Shown here: positions 26,849-39,084 of the stretch, piece after piece
Layout: every line of letters starts with the position of its first letter
How positions within the stretch are numbered: position 1 is the stretch's first letter
Notes under the pieces: generated by a model
Seen by the model: only the letters and a program-made list of their open reading frames with translations
Told to the model about the DNA's origin: nothing
The model's database searches: none
Position numbers and translations under genes: made by a program
DNA from: the human T2T-CHM13v2.0 reference genome, Homo sapiens
DNA length: 64,000 bases
Strand: one strand, 5' to 3'
Assembly: GCF_009914755.1 (NCBI RefSeq)
Contig: NC_060936.1

Positions 26849-26952
26849 ACCACTTGAGTCCAGAGTTTGAGGTTCCAGTGAGCTATAATCATGCCACTGT
26901 ACGCCAGCCCGTGCAACAGAGTGAGACTCTGTATCAAACAAAAAAAAAGAAA
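26849..26952 (+). mobile_element. 5'-truncated AluJ/FRAM right-arm fragment
   Basis: cacttgagtccagagtttgaggttccagtgagctataatcatgccactg...gtgagactctgtatc plus A-tail. Confidence 0.75.
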
Positions 26953-27094
26953 GAGTGAGATAAATGTAAGAGCTGTTTTCATTTCTCCTTGTGCAGATAA
27001 GCTGTTTGTGGAGACACAATAGATGCTATCAGATCTTCCCAAAGGAGTTTCTGAATACAGATGTTCTGACTTTTATGTATAAGGGTATCAGCTA

Positions 27095-28180
27095 TACCAG
27101 GTGATTCTCTCAAGTTTCTTTCTAATTTAACACATTCTTCAACCCATTCCAAATAGCTTCTGCCCTCAGATATCCCATTGAGATTATTCTCATCAAGACA
27201 ACCTGGGATTCTCTTGTTGCTAGATCCAACACACATGTTGTAGTTTTAACTCATCTCACCACTGAATATTACTCTCTCTTCTTCCCCACTGCCCTCCCCC
27301 CACACCAAAACAGAGTCTTACTCTGTTGTCCAGGCTGGAATGCAGTAACACGATCTTGGCCTCCACCTCCCGGGTTCAAGCAGTTCTCCTGCCTCAGCCT
27401 CACGAGTAGCTGGGACTATAGGCACGCGCCACCATGCCCGGCTAATTTTTTGTATTTTTAGTAGAGATGGAGTTTCACCATGTTGACCAGGCTGGTCTCG
27501 AACTCCCGACCTCGTGATCCACCTGCCTCGGCCCCCAAAAGTGCTGGGATTACAGGCGTGAGCCACAGTGCCCGGCCTACTCTCTCTTCTTAAAAACCTT
27601 CTTTCCTTTCCGTGACGTCACCCTCTCTTGGTTTTCCTCCTATCTTTAGAAGCTGCTTCTTAGTGTCTTTTGTGAACTCTACTTTTGCCCATCCTTTAAA
27701 ATTTGGTGGTGCTTAGGTTCTCCTCTGTGTCCCCTTTATTCTGTCTCCCTAGGCAATACCATTCAGTCATCTGAATGCAAACACTGTATAATGACTATCA
27801 AACCTCTAACTTCAGCCATGATCTCACTCCTGAGCTCAAAATTCATGTAACTCTCTACTTGACATTCCCACGTAGGTTTCCTGTAGTGGCTTCAAAATCA
27901 GTATTAAGTAGAGTTTATCATCTCTCTTCCTAACCTGTTCCTGTGTTACTGATCTCAGTGAGCACTTTGTCACCCATAAAGTTGCTAACATTGAGAATTC
28001 TCTGTCAACAATTTCTTTCATGCAACAAGTCCTTTCAAATTTATTTGTTAACTAGCTCTACAATCCATTCATTCCATCTTACTTCTTTCAGCTGCATAAT
28101 GCTTGTCTACAATCAATTATACTCAAAACAGCAAAACCTAATTATTATTCCTCGCTTAATATCCTTTATCACTGCTAAAG
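27095..28180 (+). mobile_element. L2, interrupted by an Alu
   Basis: tcaacccattccaaatagcttctgccc...tctcactcctgagctc...ctacttgacattccc are L2 ORF and 3' motifs. Confidence 0.6.
27284..27577 (-). mobile_element. AluSg-like element with an atypical (non-poly-A) tail
   Basis: Body 27311-27577 contains gacctcgtgatcc. Perfect 14-bp TSD TACTCTCTCTTCTT at 27270-27283 and 27578-27591. Confidence 0.88.
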
Positions 28181-28519
28181 ACTTACATTCCATAATTACC
28201 GTTAACGACTGCCATCACGGTTCTTGAAGAGTTATTTTTCAGAAAACTTTTTCTTATCAGTATAACAATTTTTATAACACATTAAATAAATATGCTATAA
28301 ACTAATATTTAGACATTAAAGTTTCAGGCAAAGACTTGACAGAGAAAGAAAAATTTGATGTGAAAGCAGTATTTGAATGACATCTTGTTTATCACTTATA
28401 GAAATTTGTTTTCATTGTTCAAGTGATACATATTTTTTCTTATGTAAAAATTGTTTGTGTACATTGATTTGAGGTGGAACACATAATAACATTTTTCATT
28501 AGAAATAATGGAAGTTTTT

Positions 28520-28842
28520 GGCCGGGCACAGTGGCTCACGCCTGTAATCCCAGCATTTTGGGAGGCCGAGGTGGGCGGATCACCCAAGGTCAGGAGTTCG
28601 AGACCAGCCTGACCAACATGGAGAAACCCCGTTTCCACTAAAAATACAACATTAGCCGTTCGTGGTGGTGTGTGCCTGTAATCCCAGCCACTCAGGAGAC
28701 TGAGGCAGGAGAACTGCTTGAACCCAGGAGGCGGAGGTTGTGGTGAGCTGAGATGATGAGATCATGCCATTGCACTCCAGCCTGGGCAACAAGAGCAAAA
28801 CTCCATCTCAAAAAAAAAAAGAAAAAAAGAAAAAGAAAAGAA
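28520..28842 (+). mobile_element. AluSp-like
   Basis: ctgaccaacatggagaaacccc and ggcaacaagagcaaaactcc. Perfect 19-bp TSD AGAAATAATGGAAGTTTTT at 28501-28519 and 28843-28861. Confidence 0.92.
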
Positions 28843-29579
28843 AGAAATAATGGAAGTTTTTTCACTTAGCAGCAGGATTTATAAGAACAAATGAAAGTCA
28901 TTAAGTGAGAGTAAATTGTATTCTCATTGCTTTCAGGATAAATTCTAAGCTTCTTAACATCACTTGAAAGATACACAACCTAACTTCTGCTTCATCTGAC
29001 ACCAATCTCCATTTCACATTTTACCTTCCAGTCATATGGAGCTACAGAAATCTTGCACCAACTCAGGAGCTGTGTTTCTTAAAAGCACGGGGGTTGGCAG
29101 AACTAAGGCTGGCATGATTGAGTTCTCACATATGATAGAGGGTTCAGGGAAAACATTAAATATATATGAAATCTGTATACCACTGCAAAGAGGTATTTTA
29201 GAAAGCATCTACTTCCAGAACAAACTGGGTCAATACGTGACTATTCTTCTGAATCCTCTTCTTGAACTCTTCTTGAAAAATTATGGTGGTATTATGAGCT
29301 AGCAAGGCAGAATATTTTAAATATTTTGTTATACCAACTACTTTCACTTACAGTTTACACATCAGCCCTTATTGGTTTTAAATTGAAGTGGGTTACTCAT
29401 AAATGTTGATTTTATATATCTGTGTCATTCACCCTGTATTTTGCTGATTAAAAAATTCTTCTTAACCTCAATGTTTTTGGTTTCTTAATTTTAACAATAT
29501 CAGCCTTAATGTATTTGAATGGGTGCAGTAGCTAAAATGTTTCTCAAAGGATCCTCTTAAATGAAATGTTAGTCAACTG

Positions 29580-29970
29580 GGCTGTAATGAGAACATCTCT
29601 CTGGCTGCTTTGCAAAAAATGGATGCTAGCATACAAAAGTGGAAACAAACTACTGTGGAAGCTATTAGAATACTCCAAGCGAGAGATGGCAGTAGCTTGC
29701 CAGGGATGGTGGCAAGGAGATGGAGAGAAATAGAATACAAAGGTTTTAGAATAAGCAACAAAAATGGGGAAGACTGGAAAAGGAAAGGTCAGGGTGAGCG
29801 AGGGAAGGAATCAAAAGATCTGTCTTGGACATATACATTTTATTTGCCTACTAAACATGCAAGTGGATATTTTTAAGCAGAACTGAAAATTCGGAGCAGA
29901 AGATGTAAATTTGGAAGTCATTTCTACATAGCCACGAAACTAGATACCAAGGGAAAGAGTGCTGACAGCC
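29580..29970 (-). mobile_element. L2 fragment
   Basis: ctctggctgctttg...tccaagcgagagatggcagtagcttg...gatgtaaatttggaagtcat. Confidence 0.6.
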
Positions 29971-32900
29971 CAAAATGATTTCATATTCAAACCATCAAAG
30001 GAATTACAATGAATTGAAATGGATTCAATGGTGTATCAAATATCAAAAGAAGATAGCATAAAACAGGACTGTATTCCAGACTTCCTCCTTTCCAATTTAC
30101 TCATGAAGGATTTGCATACCACTTCAAGTCTTTTTTAGAATGAAGTGGGCATTAAATATATAACAAATAATTTGTTATAGCATGTGTGCCTTCTTCCCAT
30201 GTCAAACAGGAAGTTAAACATTCTTCTCTCTACTGATCACGTAATATCAGTGTGGCTTTCTGGAAGTGCCCTTAAATAGCATGTTAACCTGAACTTATTA
30301 CCAAGCTCAAGACCATTTCACCAAAACCAAAAGTGTTTGGCATGTTTATGACATGCAGAGTGATAATTATAAATAAATCCATTTCACAAAAAAACCCATT
30401 TAGTTTTAGTTCAGTATATTGTGCAGTTAACTCAAGTTTTAGAACTACACAAATGTTGTTCTCCTCAAAACAAAATATTCTAGAAGAACTATATTAAAAG
30501 CAGTTAAATAGCAGAAGCCAACTCCTGCCTTTACATCCTCTTTAGCCACACATCTCTCGATACTCTGGGGACAAAGCTCTTATTCAGGATTTGCAAAACA
30601 ATCTCTTGGGAATTTTATTTTTAAAATATTCACACCCAAGCCTCACTCTTGGAGATTCAAATTTGGTAGGTATGTGAAAAGAGTATTCTGAAGAAATTCT
30701 TCATGAAATTTTGCTGCTGATTCCTGGTTAGGAATTTCTGCTCGATGGTAAGGACCTCTGAGGTTTCAAGGGAGTGAGCATTTGAGATCCAGAAAGGATT
30801 TGGGGAAGCTTCTTTGCCTTGCTTGCCCCACTTGATTGCCTGCAATCCACCTGTGAACGTCACCGTTTAATTTGAATAATAACTCAAGCAAGGTTCTTTA
30901 ATTTTTATAACAAAATAGATAAATTTGTCAAATATATGTCTAGCATTTTATCTAACGCAGATGGATCTCCTCTAGCTCACAATAAGAATAATGATATTTT
31001 AGGCAAATATGATGACTGTCATATTAATTGCTCTCTCGATTTGTTCAAAATCTACATTAGTCAATAAATACAAAACAGGGACTGTACTGCATATGTGATA
31101 TTCTCACCAATCAATCTAAGTTTCTCTTCCTGAATTATCAGAAAGTCAAATTTATAAACTGTTTCACCTTTGATTACTTTAGCTTCCTATAGAATGCCTT
31201 CAGACAATGTAAATTTTAAACACTAAGCCCTCATGTTTTATGAAGGTTTATAAAAGAAATAGCTTCAGCTAATAAAATCTATTGAGGATACTATCTACAT
31301 GATAAATTTCACCTCAGAGTAAAAATCCAGGGAAAATTTAGCTAATATAAATTGATATGCCTCATTCCATTTATAAAGAGAATTATCACTACCAAGAACT
31401 ACTGCAGTAAGTTTTATGTGCCACTGTAGTAACCATCCCTAATCAAGGCTTTCTGGTTCAAGCATCTTTCCAAATCACTTCATTTTTTAACCTTTGTTTT
31501 AATGATGCCATGGTGCCTATGGCTTTTATTATAAGTTACTTCAAATTCTTTTTGGAAAGTGGATTGATTATTAATAATAAAATCTATCCTGGATTCACTA
31601 TCTCATAAAATCAATATTTATTTATTTTTAGTTATTGAGAGAACACCTCCAACAAGTGTAGTGTGAAGGTTTTCTAAATTAAATAATCCAAAAACCTTCT
31701 GCTTTAAAACAACAACAACAACAAAAACTTAGTAAAGCATATCCTGCCATGACAAGGGTTTCTTTCAGGAAGTTTACATTGTGGTCAAGGATTACGACTG
31801 CTCCTTTAGCATCTGGAATAGAACTTTGTGAGCTCCTCTTCCTCTTTTCTACAACATCACCATTAGTGATATTTAAGCACTTCCTATGTACCAGGGACTG
31901 AACCAGGAGCTTTGCTGCAAGCTTGTCTAATCCTCAAAACAAAGTTGAACCTGGTCCCAATAATGTACCTATTTTAGATGATGAATCTGAAACTTAAAAA
32001 AAGATTAAATATATTGCCCCCAATACATGGTTTTAAATAAATGCATAAACTTGTGCTGCTAGATATACAATTATTAGACTTAGCCCTGGCTGAGACTAGG
32101 AGAAACAATGTATGGAAATGCTTCTTCTCCAGATTCAGGGATAAAGTCTCCTCTGCTGCTCTCAGGAACTTGGGCTTTCCTGATCTCACTGGAAATCAGA
32201 AAAATGGCTTTGCTTTTGCCCTTTTACAGCAGGCAAACAGTTGAACCTAACACATTATATGGTTACCTTTCTTTAATCTGAGCTTTGACTTTTCTATTTA
32301 CCTGTGTTACTTATGTTTAAAAATCTAAACGAAGGCTTAGAGAGTGGTAGATCCACTGAGCAAAGGATCAGGTAGATGCAGTTGACTGTCCCAAGGCCCT
32401 TAGGTTCCAAGTGGCAAGGGATCATAGGGAGCATTCACTCAGCTGACAAACTGACCACGCAATGTCCCCAAAATGGGTCTCTCACAGCCCTTTTTTTCTC
32501 TTACCGCATACGGAGAGGGAGCCATTGCCTACTTACCATGAGGCATATTTTTTACTATAGCCTTGAGGATGATATGTAATAGAGCATTTGACTCATATTT
32601 TTGACTATAGTGTTCCAAGATTAATTAATAAAACTGTTTATTGATCCAATATGTTTTATATGGAATTTACCAGCTTGGAAATCAGGAAACCTGGTACATA
32701 ATCCTGGTACTTATTCTGGTGATGTCTGACTCCAGATAAGTCATTTAAGTGCTCTGAGCCCCAGCTTCTTAACTGTACGTGAGAGAATTTTGTTAGCTTG
32801 TTTTAAGGTCTCTCCCAACTCTGAAAATAAATGAAGTTACCAATCTCTATGATTTACTGTATCAAGCTACTCTTTACTGAGCTAAACTTTTATTCATGTA

Positions 32901-33163
32901 ATCTCCTCTAATCTGGAAGAAAATAATTCAAAGTCAAGAGGCAAAAGTAAGAAAGTGCTTTTTTACAGCACAAGGATAAATTTAAGCATGATGTATTCTC
33001 ACATGCTTCATCTAGTCATTCATGAGAGTTTTCTTTCATTGTTACTCATTTCCCTAATTGACTTTATATTTGACACACGGAGCATCTGATACACGGAGAT
33101 GAGGTCAAAATAATCATTGATGAATTTCCTTTCAAAAATGTAAAAGTTGCTTCCTATTGTATG

Positions 33164-33241
33164 AGGAATTCCTATTCCTGAATGAGGTCATTTTTTCCTA
33201 TTCCTATAGGAATTCCTATTCCTGAATGAGGTCATTTTTTC
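33164..33241. repeat. 34-bp direct duplication with a 10-bp templated spacer
   Basis: AGGAATTCCTATTCCTGAATGAGGTCATTTTTTC, identical at 33164-33197 and 33208-33241. Confidence 0.95.
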
Positions 33242-34760
33242 TAAGTTACCAGATTCCAACACACTGCATTTATTTATCTAAGATTTGTAATTATAGACTG
33301 CTCTCTAAACCTATAAATATTTAACATAATATTTCCTTACAGATGTTTTAGAAAAACAAATGTTTCCTTTCTCTAATTCCTCAATTCAGTGAATCAGCTC
33401 TGGGATGAGAAATTTCATCAGCACTTGCTACCAAGACCAGGGAAATCTTTGTTCTTAAAAAAGAAAAAAAATTCTGAACCTCAATTTACAATGTTTATTA
33501 CTTTCCCTTCCCCACCAAAAGTAATTTTCTACTATTACTCATATTATTTTTTATCATATTATTATCCTATTTATCATATTATCTATCATATATTATTATC
33601 CTTTAATTCAATTTACACACAGCCATGCTTAGTCTAAGTTTTATGTTAACTTTTCTAGAGACATCCTGCCTACAGTTTTTTCCTTATTCCAAAAATGGCA
33701 ATAAGCCAAGCCCCACTTTCTTCTAACTTAATTTTTCCAGACATCTTAATGGCTATGTCAGTTTCCTGTCATTGTTCTCCTATAGGATTTCCTTAGTCCC
33801 CTCCTGATGCCTTTGGCGGGTACACATTTATACTGAAATTGACAAAGGTAGGGAAAAGTCATTAACACTGTTCAGAGGAGAAGAGACTTATTCATTATGA
33901 CATAACTAAGTTGAAAAGCACAGCTAATGGACTATTTTGGTAGCATGACTTGAGATGCAGAAGCCTTTCAGTCCCTGGAAACAGTTGCCTCTAAATGGCA
34001 CTCCCAAGGTCAGGAAGGAAACATGACATCACTGAGGAGCAGCTGCCTCTGAGGTAGTGAAAAGGAGCTTCAAGAAGCTCCTGTGATTAAAGGTACATTA
34101 ATCATGACCATCCAGTTGGCTAAAAGATAAGAAAAATACAAGGATTTAAGGGCAAATTTAGAAAAACTCCAAGAAAAAAAGAGTTTGAGTTTTGTTTTCA
34201 TATTCAGTGAGCTCTTAACCTTGAAAGAATGTTTCTTAATAAGCATTATTGTATTTTCATTCTGTAAAGAAAATAAGTGATATCATTTTCTTCTCACCTG
34301 TGAGTTCAAAAGCAGTACAGTTTCTCCCTGCAGAGTCCAGTGTGAACATTTAGACACTTATTTCACATTTATCTGTGTTGATTTGGACAGGAAAGAGGAG
34401 ATATTGAACATGAACATTTTGAACCACAATATTTTTAAAAAGCATATCATTATTGAAGAACCTCCACATAGTATTTAAGGAATCCAAAGAACCCAATGTT
34501 GAAACATGCTTGAAAACTATTACTTTTCCTAATGTTAAGAGCTTTACTCAATGCCAAAGCAGACAAAGTTTTGCTATCAGTCCCATTCCTTATAACAATC
34601 TAACTCTTTATTTTTATTTGGAAACTATACTGAGCTGGAATATGTTGTAAAATTAATGAATATTGTCAACAGTAATAATATGTATGTTAAATATTAATAT
34701 ATATGTTTATGAAATATGTTTAACTTTAGACTCATTTAAAATTGCATCTCTTGAGTGGAG

Positions 34761-35195
34761 TATCTTAGTTTCGTATTGCTCTGTTGCAAATTAACACAGA
34801 CTTAGTAGCTTAAAACAACACAAGCTTATTCTCTTACATCCCAGAGATCAGAAGTCTAGAATCCAAGTGTCAGCAGGGCTACATTCCTTCTGGAGACTTC
34901 AGGGGAGAAGTCATTTTCTTGCCTTCTTCGATCTTTAAAGGCTGTCTTCATTTCTTGGCTCCTGACCCTTTGAGTCTGTCCTTACATATCTTGCTACTTT
35001 CTTTGATCTCCTACCCCTCTCTTATGAAGTTTGTAAGTATATCAGACCCACTGAGATGATTCAGGACAGTCTCTCAATCTCAGAATCTTCAATTTAATCC
35101 ATCTGCAAAGTCCCTTTTGTCATATAAGGTAAGATTTATAAGTATAGGGAATTAGAATGTGAACATCTTTGAAGGACCATTTTCAGCCTACCGCA
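34761..35195 (-). mobile_element. MLT1C/D MaLR LTR
   Basis: cttagtagcttaaaacaacac...gtgtcagcagggctacattccttctggag...catctgcaaagtcccttttg...ttcagcctaccgca. Confidence 0.8.
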
Positions 35196-35532
35196 ATATA
35201 CTTTACAATACTCAACAATATACTTTACAAATCTTAGTCTTAGTGGAAGATGACAGTCAAAAGTCAATTAAAAGATATTTATAAGAAGTCAGACAAAGAT
35301 TCTACATGTTAACAACATTCTAAAAGTGGAAATACTGGGAATTAATTACATATGTGACAGAAAAACATTGCAGCAATAAAACGTGAGTCCATCAACTTAA
35401 GAAGGATAAAATGGCAAAGGAATGTTGAATATAATTAATCTGATCTGGGATTAAATTGGAAATTATGGAACTTGTAATTGCAAGCTTTGAGTGAATAACC
35501 ATAGATTTTTGTTTGTTAAAGTTTTAAAGAAA

Positions 35533-36028
35533 AAATGTCCATCAACAGATCAACAAATGAACAAATTATGATATATCTATACAATGGAATATTATTCAGC
35601 CATAAAAAGGAATGAAATACAAGCTAAAATACAAATAAACCTTGAAAATATTATGCTAAGTTAAAGACACCAGACGCAAAAGGTCAAATTCTGTATGATT
35701 TCTTATATATGAAATATCCAGAATAGGAAAATTCATAGAGACAAAAAACATATTACTGGTTGCCAGAAGATTGACAGAATGGAGAGTATGGAGGGATTAC
35801 TTACTTTTTCCTCATTTAGAAAAAAGTGCAGCAGCAATTGCTCCTGGCACAGTACTCTCGGGGCAAATGGGAAAAAGGTAATGGATACAGAAATTATTTT
35901 AAAAGTTTTGAAACTAGAGCAATGTTATAGTTATACAACATTGTGAATGCACTAAATGCTACTAAATTGTACACTTTAAGATGTTTAACTGTATGTTATA
36001 TGAATTCCATCTCAATAAAAAAAGTTCT
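35533..36028 (+). mobile_element. L1MB 3' end
   Basis: aaatgtccatcaacagat...tacaatggaatattattcagccataaaaaggaatgaa...acaacattgtgaatgcactaaatgctact...ctcaataaaaaa. Confidence 0.8.
35804..35878 (-). mobile_element. Probable MER75A piggyBac-derived MITE inside the L1MB 3'UTR
   Basis: Reverse complement cctttttcccatttgccccgagagtactgtgcc...gctgcactttttttctaaatgaggaaaaag resembles recalled MER75A. Degenerate TIRs and degenerate TTAA flanks. Confidence 0.55.
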
Positions 36029-36484
36029 AAAGAAATCTCAACATGACAATGTTCTTAACAGTATTGTGTATATAATCAGTTCAATAGTAGGTTCTAGAAA
36101 AATCGGGAGAATTACAGAAATTAATCTCAAGAAGTGGTTTTTGAGATTAAAACCCTGGATCAGGTAATGAGTGACCTCTGTTCTGATTTCAACTACCAAA
36201 AATTAGCCATAAGACTCTAGGAAAAAATCACATGTCTGGACCCATTTACCCATACGTAAAATAAATTGAATAAATCAGATAATTTCTAACATTAAACTTC
36301 AAAATTCTATTATTCTTTTGCACCTTCTGTTCACACTCACCTAATTTCTTTGGAATACAAAAAAAAATAAGAAATGTTCTGTCTCTGAAATTTACATTTC
36401 AGTGTAAAAGCCAAATATGTTGTTTTCTATTTATTTGAGTATATAATTTATGAACAAATTTGTTTACGATCACCAGTAAATAAA

Positions 36485-36527
36485 GAGACAGACAGACTGA
36501 CACACACAGACCCACACATACACACAT

Positions 36528-36562
<35 letters not shown>

Positions 36563-36569
36563 AAGAGAG
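36485..36569. repeat. Compound (GACA)/(CA)n/(GA)n microsatellite
   Basis: An imperfect CA tract runs into a GA tract. Confidence 0.9.
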
Positions 36570-37710
36570 GAAGTAGGTATACCTACCAATGGTTATATCT
36601 AGATGGTGAGATTATAACTTTTTTGTTGCTATCTTTACCTTCTAATTGTTTTTTAAAATAACATGTATTATTTGTATTGCAGAAAAAATACAAATCCTGC
36701 TAAATTTGTCTCCATATTTCAATGTTCAAGTATGTCTAAACCTGTAGTTATTAGAAATTCACAATAATCTGAATGCACACTAATATTTTCAGGAACAAAA
36801 TAAATAATTTAACTTAAAGAAATAGTTCAACAAAAGCCAAAGTTTGCATACATGAAGATATTCATTGCAGCATTATATTTATAGCATTTCCACATTGAAA
36901 GTTACCTCAGGATCTCAAAAGAGAGGAGTGGTTTAATACAAAATCTAATATCTTTAAAGATTATGAAGTTTTAAACCTTGAAGAAGTAGTTTGTTTATTC
37001 CTATTGTTCAGCTTTCCTCATTCCCTCAAGTCCCTTTGCTCTATCCCGAGCCTTGGTATATTAGATTGGCATGAAAGGGGGCATCCTACTCTGTGTTGTC
37101 TACAAAGGGGGCAACATATTAAGCACAATGTTTTAACCATGCCTATGTCATGTGATTCAGAACACCATGTCTACTTCTGCTCTGCTACATGAAATCAAAT
37201 ACAACCTTCGCTAGAAAACAGAATGCCATTAGTGTTCAAAAACATTTTGAACATTTTTACTTGAATCAAGGAACCACTGACAAGATTAAGTTTTAGAGCG
37301 GCATGGACCCATTCACCCCACTTGATAGATAAGGATAAGAAATATAGAAAGGAAAAAAAATCACTTTGCCTAAGTTTACTCATTTGGTGTGAAAATTGGG
37401 GGCTTAGTCCAGCTCTAGACACAGGCCACAACTCTTTTTACCACACCACCAGAACTCAGTCTTTACCAGATGGCATAAAAATCAAAACAAAACAAAGCAG
37501 GGCAATCACTTGAAAAAAGATCAATTCCACCAGTTGCCTGGTTTCAGTAACTGTTAAGAATGTTATTGCTATGTTTGTTAAATGGCCAAATACGGTTCAG
37601 CATGAAGACACAATTAAGTTTAGGAATTGGGAAATAAAGTAAGCTTCTTGATTTAATTTCAAAGTTTTCTGCTATAATCATTCTAAATTTTCAGAGAAGA
37701 GAGTTATTGA

Positions 37711-37791
37711 ATTCTAAACTCTATTAAGATGTGTGCCAATTCAACTTCCATGTGTCTCAATGGTGTGTGACCATCACTGCATGATATTTAT
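37711..37791. repeat. ~80-bp diverged element, copy A
   Basis: About 65/81 identical to 38808-38886 by manual alignment. Confidence 0.85.
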
Positions 37792-38807
37792 ATACATGGG
37801 GTTGCCCCTGTCCTTTCTTCATCAGTCTACAGGAAGTTCCTTCAAAAAATAACCTCAAACTCATCTTCTGAGTCAGTGGTCATCCTTAAAACAGAATATC
37901 CAGGGGATTTCATATTCCTTGGCCATTCTCAGGGGCCATTATATTCATAAGTAGGTCATCAAAAGCAAACAGGTGGTTAGGAAACATTATAGTGAACGTA
38001 AGAGCAGGCAATTAGCAGGGGAGACAACTATCCCCTAAATCAAAGTGTTTGGCTATTAAAGAATTTGCTTGTGTGTCTTTAACTTTATAGGCATGTATTT
38101 GAATGTACAGAATCTGACTAAAGGAAGGGTCTCTGGGCATATCTATAGTAGCAATGACACTGATTCTCTGTACATGTGTTTCCACAGTACCCAGTTGGCA
38201 AATTGAAGCCAAATTTTCATAATTATTTGGTTCAAAGCCAAAATCTGATTCTGCCAATAAATACATTCAGCAAATATATACTTGGCATCATATTGGTGCT
38301 TTTAGGGAATATTCCCTTGTTTGACCACAGATTCTTGGCTCAAAAAAAATTTTATGTGTGCTGTTATTGAAAATTCACTGTAATCCATTGCTTTCCTAAA
38401 AATTCATGACCCTGTTACACAAAACAGCTCATTGAAATTGAACCAGTTTCACTAAAGAATCTATGCTTTCTCGTTTTTATTAATATCTACCCAAACATGT
38501 ATCATTTCCTGCTTTTTCTTATGCATTTGCCCTGCTTCAGACATCTTGAAGCATTGATCAACTGTTTTCTGAAAAACAACAATCATTAGAGTTTGATTAT
38601 TTCATAAGTGATGAGAAAAACCTAGTTTCTACATAAACTATTTGAACCTAAAGTAGTTCCAAATGATATAACTCCAAAATTCTAGAGTTCTGGTCAATGT
38701 CTTCCCAATTCCATGAAAAGGAATCGGGGAGGCGGGGGACATATGTATATATTTAATCCAGTTTTGCAACACTCCACATCAATTCCCAGTTCAGCAAAAT
38801 GTTCAGC

Positions 38808-38886
38808 ATTCTTGACTCTATTAAAATTCTTGCAGTTAAGTTCCATATGCCTCAATGGGGTGTGACCATCACTGTTTGACATTTAT
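38808..38886. repeat. ~80-bp diverged element, copy B
   Basis: Shares ACTCTATTAA, TTCCAT, CTCAATGG and GTGTGACCATCACTG with copy A. Confidence 0.85.
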
Positions 38887-39084
38887 TGGGTTGGAATGCT
38901 TAGGTATAAAGATTCAGTATTATTTGTGTTGCCAAACCTGAAATTATTTTAAAAATAAGGCATAATTATAATTTCTTTATAATCTATAGGGTGTTAGAAG
39001 TTATTCAAATTTGACTCCTTGTTTTGCTGATGTATAAGCACAGATTCACAATTTTCCGAGGATACCACATAAAACTAATAACGC

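Noticed and set aside
28200-28910. AT-rich stretch around the AluSp that might be an old DNA transposon
   Set aside because: I could not identify TIRs or a consensus match.
30180-30360. Enhancer-like motif cluster (CAGGAAGT, TTCTGGAA, CArG-like)
   Set aside because: Short motifs are common and cannot be supported without conservation or chromatin data.
38803-38872. C/D-box snoRNA call for copy B of the 80-bp element
   Set aside because: The C box is imperfect (GTGATGG), there is no clear C'/D' pair, and the D-box position is not kept in copy A. Mentioned only as an alternative.
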